The notes beneath the pieces were generated by a model. It saw only the letters and a list, made by a program, of their open reading frames with translations. It searched no databases and was not told the DNA's origin. Both the position numbers and the translations under genes were made by a program. A stretch of DNA of 57,998 nt, the filler included, from Bipalium vagum (lineage: Eukaryota), in assembly GCA_037834085.1 (NCBI GenBank). It is 2 parts of 2 records of this genome, joined end to end, with 100 filler letters (N's around TTAATTAATTAA, not from the genome) between each part and the next. Parts side by side here need not be neighbours in the genome. Positions count along the whole stretch, not along the records: positions 30,095 to 57,998 come from JBBMKC010072992.1; 1 more part is not named here. One strand, written 5' to 3'. Numbering within the stretch: the stretch's first letter is position 1; every line of letters starts with the position of its first letter. Positions 51,601 through 57,998 of the stretch are shown in pieces.

Positions 51601-54600
51601 CATTTTGTCATGAAATCTCGCTTTATGTTGTGCGAACTGGTGGTCTTTCATCTGCCTTCTCCTTGATGTATTCAGTTTCCAACATTTTTTTATTTTTTTA
51701 TCATAATTTTTAAAATTAAACTGAACCAAATATTATTAAATAATTTTCCGATAGCAGTAACTATTGGGTTGATGCACTGTAAATACAGGTTTTTAAATAT
51801 CAAATTTAAATTAATACAACTCAACAAGTTCATTAATCGAAATAAAAACCACTAAAATCAAAACATTTTTGTCAACGTGAAACCAGTTTATTTATACCGG
51901 TGACATAGAAATTCGGAGTTCTGGAGGCAATGAAGTTGGAAAAGATATTTTTGGCATCGTCTTGATTTTTGAAACAGTTCTCTTGGTGAAAGTTTCTTCA
52001 AATATTTGAAAAAGTGATAGTCGAGAGCATTCTCGTAATTCAACTTCTTCAGGGTCGATTGTGCGACTTACGGATGAGCATTCTCATGGAGAAGAATTGG
52101 TCCTTTACAGATGACCGATGCTGGACAATAGCATTTTAGCTTCTGATGCATTTCGTCAATTTGTTGGCAGTACTTCTCTGCTGAAAGATCAAAAACCAAC
52201 ATTTATATTGCATACACCTAATAATATTGAAACATGGTGTTTATAATTTATCTGTTCCAATATTATATTATAAAGAGAAATTAAGAAAATTGATGATATT
52301 TTTTTTCAGAATTCGTAAACGACATGAATATGGTCCTTCATATAATTATAGAAGAACTGAAAAACCTCTATGAAATTGCAAATAAAAAAATATGGCAGAT
52401 TTTAGAGTGCCATTTTACAAAAATCGTCATGTTTCTCATTATAAATGCTTGTGTTAATGAGGTTTGTTCAGTTTTGTAAAAAATATTTATTGATTTTTAG
52501 AAAGGAAAATTGTAAATAATTATTTTGAAATCAATAATGAATATTGATTATGATATCTGAACACCATTTCTTACCAATAGCAAACAAGGCCCTCTTTCCA
52601 AATTTAAAGATAAAGACTTAAAACATTTATTGGATGAAGTTGCAACTCATTCTCAAAAAACCTTGTGTTACACAGAAGACAATATGTGCGCGATTACACG
52701 ATATGGGGTAGATTTTAAAGGAAAAAATAAGTTTCTTATTAATTGGACGAAAGAAAAACTTTCTTACATCGAATTTTGACAGGAGATGAAAATTTTATTT
52801 TTTTGGAATTCCCAAACACACGAAATTATGGGTTAACACATGTCAAACGTCAAAACATACTTAAAGACGAGGTCGTTTTAGAAAGAGACCAACACTCTAG
52901 TAAGATCACAAAGGTGTAGTATATCATGATCTTCTCAACCAAGTTTAATTGCTTAATATCCAAAATGGAATAGAAGACTGGGAACAGTAATTTTGCTCGA
53001 AGACACCACACCATCACAACTCTTCCAAAGTATGGCCTAGAAATTACTCACAAACTCTTCGTATTCACCAGATCTTGCTCCTTCAGATTTTCATTTGTTT
53101 CTATCATTTGGTTACTTTTTTTTGAGGTACTTTAAGCGTACGAATATATAAAAAAAGGGTCTCTCAATAGACGTTTTTTGAGAAGATATCCATAATTTAG
53201 TTAAAACTAAAAGAAATATGTAGGTAGCAATGGCCATTTCTTTGAATACATTATTTTTTTGCGTTTCTTTTTAAATTATAAAGAAATATGCATTATTTAT
53301 CTGTACTCCTAATAATTTGAAACAATCTCCTTTTTAAAAAAATCAATAATTTCATAAAATTTTTGCATTTATAATAAATTTTAATTTTAGATAAGCGCTT
53401 CAAATATCGTTTTAATCATAACGGTTGTCATTGGATTTGCTTTTCCAAAATTAAAACGTGCAGCGGTGATCATCTCATTTTCCTGGACCTCTTTGATAGT
53501 GCTAATGAAGATGACATACCAGCTGAAGATATTTCCATCTTTTAATTGGTCAAAAAACTGCTCTTTATTTGTAATTTTTATATCTATTTCGTTATTTTTT
53601 TGTCAAGACATTTTATTTCGACCAAGCTATTCATTTATGCTTTATTCGTTATGTAAATAAAATGTCCCTAGATTTGTCTAGAAATATAATTAAAAATTTC
53701 ATGGAATTTTAAAAATAAATAAATAAATTTATATATAAGTATTATTATATTTCTTTAAGGAGGTAAGCTTTTTTTGACATTAGGTACGACATTTTTGAAA
53801 CAAATGTATCATCAAGTGGAATTCCGAAGACAGAAAAAAGAAAATTATTTCTCAGCTGGAAATGAAGCACCATGAAAGGAGACTGTATACAATTGGATTA
53901 GAGGGTTTTCCTGTGAATGGAATGTAATGTGTTTGACGAAGAAAAAATTGGACGACCTACAGAAATTAGAGAACAACAATTAAAAAAATTGAACTTACTC
54001 GTTAAAGAAGAGAGATGAATTACTCAGAGAGACCTTTCCAAAAAACTTAATTTAAGAAAGAAGACTGCAGAGAGTATTGGAGTCAGAAAATTATGTAGCA
54101 GATTTGTCTCATAATTTTTGACGGCGGAGATGCGAAAAAAGCAAATGAAAGGATGTCAAGAGTATTTGGATTTTTTTCATTCTATTGGACAGTTTTATGA
54201 AGAATATTGTAAAATATGACTAGATTCCATCGAGTCTTTACATTCAATACAGTAGGTGTGAATCTCGTGAATGAGTATATCCTGAGAAAAGGCACCAAAC
54301 ATGTTTCGTTTAGGGACATCTCATGAGAAATATCTGACTCTCAGTCTATTCTGGATACAAAGGGTATGATCAAAATTGACTTTTTGCAAGGAAACATAGA
54401 CTCTCACTACTACTGTGCACTGTGTTTAGTGATCTGAGAAAGCTGCGAAGGAAGCCAAAGATTCAAGACCTATCAATCATTTGATGTTCATTGAAAACCT
54501 ATTTCTAACCTCTCTTGATTATACTTTGACTCTTATGTGCCAATATAAATTTAACGGTAAATTTTAAAATGATTACGTTTCCCATTTACAATATTTGAAG

Positions 54601-56037
54601 AATTTCTAAAGAGATGATTTTTGTATATTTCTGGTATACCAAATGCGTGTAAGAGTTTAGAAAATCTTTAAACGATTTCTAAAAATTCCCAACAATTTAA
54701 ATAAACATTAAATTTTTATTTCACTAAAATATCAATAAATCATTATCAAAAATTTATTTAAAATGTATATTTGTTTTATTTAATCAATTTTTAAAATTCA
54801 ATAACGAACATATTATTCAAAAAATTTATTCATGTTACTTTCGAATTATGCAATCGCCCAAAATCAGAAGAAATGAAATTGTACATCTAAATCCAGAAAA
54901 ACAAAAACATCACGTTACTCAATCACTTATCAACTTTAAAAATGAGTTAACTGATTGCGTAAATAACAATGATGCGAGATTGTATTAGAAATTTTGTATT
55001 GGTCAAAAGTCCTACTACTTTACGATTTCATTTGTAATTATAATACCATTTTAAAACTTTCTAAAGACTTTGTGCAGATATTGCATATTGATATATCAAA
55101 ACTATGAACTCAACTTCCTAAAACAGTCAAAGTTGTCTATAATGAACATCAGAAACCAAAAAAATACAACCATGTTCATAAACTGACTTTTAAAGAACTA
55201 AAGATTTTGATTGGTCAGATTTTTAACCTGTTTTTAGACAACTGTAAAAACATTTTCTCTAATTATTTTTTATATTAATTAAATTGTGAAAGTTTCTAAG
55301 AAAAACTTGATGCAGGATGGTTTCTTCAAATCACTTCCTCACCATATCGATAGAGAAAGATGGATCGGATTGGAAAAGGTGGAAAATTTTTCAAGTCATA
55401 TTCTGGTTAAGAGTGATTGGAGATTTTATAATAATTAAATGATTCTAATAGAAATATATTTGCATCCTTTTGGCTTGCTCTACGTGGTACATAATTGATT
55501 ATCATCAGAAACAGTTTCACAAACACGCTGGACCTAGAATCCACCCGAAAGGCATTATATTTCCTGAAATTACGGTGTATACTCCCATAAACAGTATTGT
55601 AGACTTTTTAAAATATTGCATCAATTTCTCGTTTTACAAACTCGGGCTTGAAGTAATTTTACATATTTTATTATATGATTCATGAACTTTTTCTCAGGTT
55701 TGCTTCATAGTAACAATCATTGTCTCCTGTCTCAGAGTGGATGTTTATTCCCTTATTTATTTGACACTACTGTTTGTGTTTTTGTGTTCCAAAAGACAAA
55801 CTTGTTCAAAATTATGGCTTCCGTATTTGACTTTTCTAGGGATTCTGCTACCAATTCAATATATCATATGTGTCGGCTTACCCCAAGGATTATGTAAAGG
55901 TTAGATAAAATAATTATATTATATCAGTGTTTATAACATTTTTTCAGATTACCCATGGAATGAGATTAATCCGACTATTCAAAGATGGTTGTATCTGCCA
56001 AGTTATCAGAATCCTCCTGCTGTTAAAAAAATTATGG
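45496..56037 (+). CDS. PIEZO: Piezo-type mechanosensitive ion channel, multi-exon gene, internal fragment (transmembrane repeat region)
   Basis: Eight phase-consistent exons (45496-45642, 48604-48695, 52310-52461, 53391-53570, 55301-55405, 55452-55652, 55698-55899, 55948-56037) give LLDIGL...QLRYFHKPFL, WQILECHFTKIV, KMTYQL, RWIGLEK, LKYCINFSFYKLGLE, QYIICVGLPQGLC, DYPW...RWLYLP. These are collinear with Piezo motifs (QLHYFH, LLELHxxK, KMLYQL, KYFINxFFYKFGLE, DYPW, WLYLP). Confidence 0.93.
46089..46589 (+). mobile_element. Tc2/pogo-like MITE, copy 1 (501 bp)
   Basis: TA|CCGTATATACTCGAATATAAG...CTTATATTCGAGTATCTACGG|TA; internal TCGACTTATA repeats; acidic transposase tail ending SDSEFCGFE*. 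Confidence 0.9.
48604..48695 (+). CDS. PIEZO: Piezo exon, loop NYRNRDEEDYRTNEGRSYTLPSSLANSEAS
   Basis: tttttag acceptor, gtatgt donor; phases 2/1 bridge the flanking Piezo exons exactly; poorly conserved loop. Confidence 0.72.
48869..50019 (-). mobile_element. Defective Mos1-like (mauritiana subfamily) mariner
   Basis: TIRs TTA(G/T)GTGTACAA(A/T)TTGAAA resembling the Mos1 TIR; LQALLNEN, LQVSKQA..LRAMRKI, YSPDIAQTDNYMF. Confidence 0.85.
50150..50790 (-). mobile_element. Tc1/mariner-superfamily relic (DD37D/DD41D type)
   Basis: KFKETG, PSTSPHLNVCDYWKWG, RLEAVVTEYGGHIKH. Confidence 0.6.
50840..51290 (-). mobile_element. Mariner 3' half relic
   Basis: QDNARLH...FGWEVLSYLPYSP...SKFYRKCI. Confidence 0.7.
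51320..51680 (-). mobile_element. Mariner 3' relic
   Basis: FHD/NARL remnant and LQHFFNGKRFLNEEEI. Confidence 0.5.
51764..52221 (-). mobile_element. Hsmar1-like (cecropia subfamily) mariner deletion derivative, 458 bp
   Basis: TA-flanked TIRs TT(G/A)GGT..ATGCA.T.TAAAT...GGTTTTT; EKYCQQIDEMHQKL...KGPILLHENAHP*VAQSTLKKLN..DYHFFK...FYVTGIN..SR*QKC..GFYFD*. Confidence 0.85.
52310..52461 (+). CDS. PIEZO: Piezo exon, ...KKIWQILECHFTKIVMFLIINACVNE
   Basis: ttttcag acceptor, gtttgt donor, 152 nt, phase 1/0. Confidence 0.88.
52520..53312 (+). mobile_element. Mos1-like mariner relic, 5'-truncated
   Basis: DLKHLLDE, ARLHDMG, FLHRILTGDE, YSPDLAPSDFHLF; right TIR ...TGTACTCCTAA|TA. Confidence 0.85.
53391..53570 (+). 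CDS. PIEZO: Piezo exon, ISASNIVLII...WTSLIVLMKMTYQLKIFPSFNWSKNCSLF
   Basis: 180 nt, phase 0/0; overlaps listed ORF 53466-53660. Confidence 0.9.
53750..54470 (+). mobile_element. Mariner relic (5' two-thirds)
   Basis: GVRKLCSRFVS, LTAEMRKK, LSLFW..KGMIKIDFLQ, IDSHYYC. Confidence 0.7.
55301..55405 (+). CDS. PIEZO: Piezo exon, KNLMQDGFFKSLPHHIDRERWIGLEKVENFSSHIL
   Basis: 105 nt, phase 0/0; DxxxWxGxxK motif. Confidence 0.82.
55452..55652 (+). CDS. PIEZO: Piezo exon, KYICILLAC...LKYCINFSFYKLGLE
   Basis: 201 nt after a 46-nt intron; FYKxGLE motif. Confidence 0.92.
55698..55899 (+). CDS. PIEZO: Piezo exon, VCFIVTIIVSCLRVD...LWLPY...QYIICVGLPQGLCK
   Basis: 202 nt after a 45-nt intron, phase 0/1. 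Confidence 0.92.
55948..56037 (+). CDS. PIEZO: Piezo exon, DYPWNEINPTIQRWLYLPSYQNPPAVKKIM
   Basis: 90 nt after a 48-nt intron; DYPW and WLYLP motifs. Confidence 0.92.
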
Positions 56038-56189
56038 GTATTAATTTTTACTCCTCACTTTTCCTGGCTCAAAATAAAAGGGACATTTTTATTTTTGCAC
56101 TTACTTTATTTACTTAAATTTATTTTTAAAACTTTTGTTACATTTTATAATACTATGAAACTATATGCAAAACTTACCTCGTAAATTTA

Positions 56190-56767
56190 CCGTAGATACT
56201 CGAATATAAGTCGAGGTTTTTTTCTATAAAATTTGATGAAAAAAATGGAGTCGACTTACATAAGAATCATAACAGTTTTAACCAATGTAATGGCTGTATT
56301 TATTCAATGTATCACGTTGTGTTCATAATTGAATACTGGTTATCAATTATATTTCGTTTTTTCCCAGTTTTTCTCAGCATCACAGTGCTATGCATGATAA
56401 ATTTATTTCAAATTTCTCACAGCTTTTTTTAGCACGACTTCTATTCAGACCATATGACTAATGATCAGGCATTGCAACTTCTTCAATCAGACTCGAATTT
56501 TGTGGTTTTGAATAAATGTCACCTATGATGTTATGTTTGTAAATAAAAATATATCAATATTATCACGAATATTTTGCAATAAAGTATCAAAAGATTGACA
56601 TTTTTTCCTTGTTATTTTATGTTACTTTCCAAATGTTCGAAAGAGGAAACTATCCAGACATATATTTTTACCTCGACTTATATAAGAGTCATACGATTTT
56701 TCACAGAATTTCCCATTTTTCCTCCTCGACTTATACACGAGGTCGACTTACATTTGAGTATTTACGG
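56190..56767 (+). mobile_element. Tc2/pogo-like MITE, copy 2 (578 bp)
   Basis: TA|CCGTAGATACTCGAATATAAG...GAGTATTTACGG|TA; highly similar to 46089-46589 except for the internal junction segment. Confidence 0.9.
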
Positions 56768-57998
56768 TACTGACTGTGTCATTTCTATCAATAACGTGTT
56801 CGCAAATAATTGAGTCAAACGACTACAATAAAACTTTATTATTATAACACATTAAACAGACGTATCAAACAAAAACACAGTCCACAATGTGAAATGTTTC
56901 AAATAATCAGAATGAAAAATACTGAAAAATCAAAATAATCAATAAAAGTTAAATCAAATGTTAATTAAAAAAGAAAAACATAGAAGAAAAGAAAAACGAC
57001 ACTCGTGATTGATGTATGGAACATAAAAATTTAGTAGCATCTGATCCACCGTTGTAATTTTCTTCAAAAAAATTCGGTCATGGAAGAAGACCATATTTTC
57101 TTTGGATATTTTTGTTCTCTTTTCTCGCATATCTGTGTCTAAAAATTTGTGACGAATTGACTGCTATATTTTCTGATATCAACGCTCTCCAGCATGTTCT
57201 GCAATCCTTCTGGTCAAATTAATTTTAGTAGACAATTCACTCTGAATAACCTGTCTGCCCAATTTGACAATATTTTTTAGATGTTTAAAGTTTAACTGGC
57301 ACTATTTTCAATAATTAATTTATTCGTTTTAAACAAATTTTATTATCGTCATTTGATTTATATTGGTGGACCACAAGCTTAAAAAATTTAATGCATCGTA
57401 ATGATCTTGAAGGTGAAGATTGTACTAATAATTTTTTTTCCACCAAACTGCAATTCCTTATTCTTAAATGTATTCAAGTATCTTTCAGTATCCGCAATAG
57501 ATCTTTTTAATGCTGAAATGTGCTTATTGTTTTGCCAACAAAATTCTACTATCTCTTAAGGACACTGTCATTTATCAGAATAAGTTTAAATCTGGTGACC
57601 CGAAGTATCAATACCAGAGGATTTCTATATCACGGCTGTTACATTTTTCTTTGATCACGGTTGTTATATGTTCTAACATTCGTATTCATTAAACGAAAAA
57701 CACGAGTTTTGTAAAAATTGATGGCATATACCACTCAGTCAGAAAATAATAAACGAAATTATTTATGAATCACCATAATAAAGTACCACATTTATGGTTA
57801 GAGTCTGAGCATATATATTTTTAGATAGAGTTACGTAATTGTTGAGATTTGTTTTAATGATGAATTCGTTGTGGTAAATAGAATTTTAAAATGTCAATTA
57901 GTGTTTCTTCAAATATGCCGATGAAGGAGGATTTAACTGGCGACCACACCAGGACAGTGAATGCCATAACCAGAAATCAAGCAAGGAAGATGCTGTTA

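Noticed and set aside
55390-55900. Apparent maT-like relic on the minus strand
   Set aside because: The plus strand gives clean, phase-consistent Piezo exons; the minus-strand resemblance is incidental.
56950-57800. Further Tc1/mariner traces (also about 15250-15600, 28930-29320, 34750-35250, 46860-47110, 47600-47830)
   Set aside because: Probably real relics, but too decayed to assign boundaries or family, so not listed as features.

Overview
Very AT-rich eukaryotic (animal-type) genomic DNA with spliceosomal introns. Almost none of the listed ORFs are real genes. Two multi-exon genes can be rebuilt by hand from GT-AG-bounded, phase-consistent exons. (1) A RALGPS-type Ral guanine-nucleotide exchange factor on the minus strand (7 exons, 17542 down to 429; extreme 5' end and C-terminal PH region not found). 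(2) An internal part of a Piezo mechanosensitive channel on the plus strand (8 exons, 45496-56037; both ends not found). Introns are bimodal: 45-77 nt, or 0.9-9.2 kb and packed with decayed DNA transposons. These include mariner DD34D (Mos1-like, Hsmar1-like and others), maT DD37D, DD41D, a DD39D-like element, IS630-like/Tc1, pogo/Tigger, Tc2-like MITEs and Merlin. None has an intact transposase. There is one tRNA-Ala(CGC)-derived element whose acceptor stem is extended by 12 bp of flanking complementarity. There is a 140-N gap and an artificial 100-bp N/TTAATTAATTAA linker at about 30 kb, so the two halves may not be adjacent in the genome. I found no convincing novel multi-gene system. The most unusual items are the hairpin-embedded tRNA, the FxGF-retaining MITEs and the DD39D-like relic. 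Family assignments rest on recalled protein motifs, not database searches.
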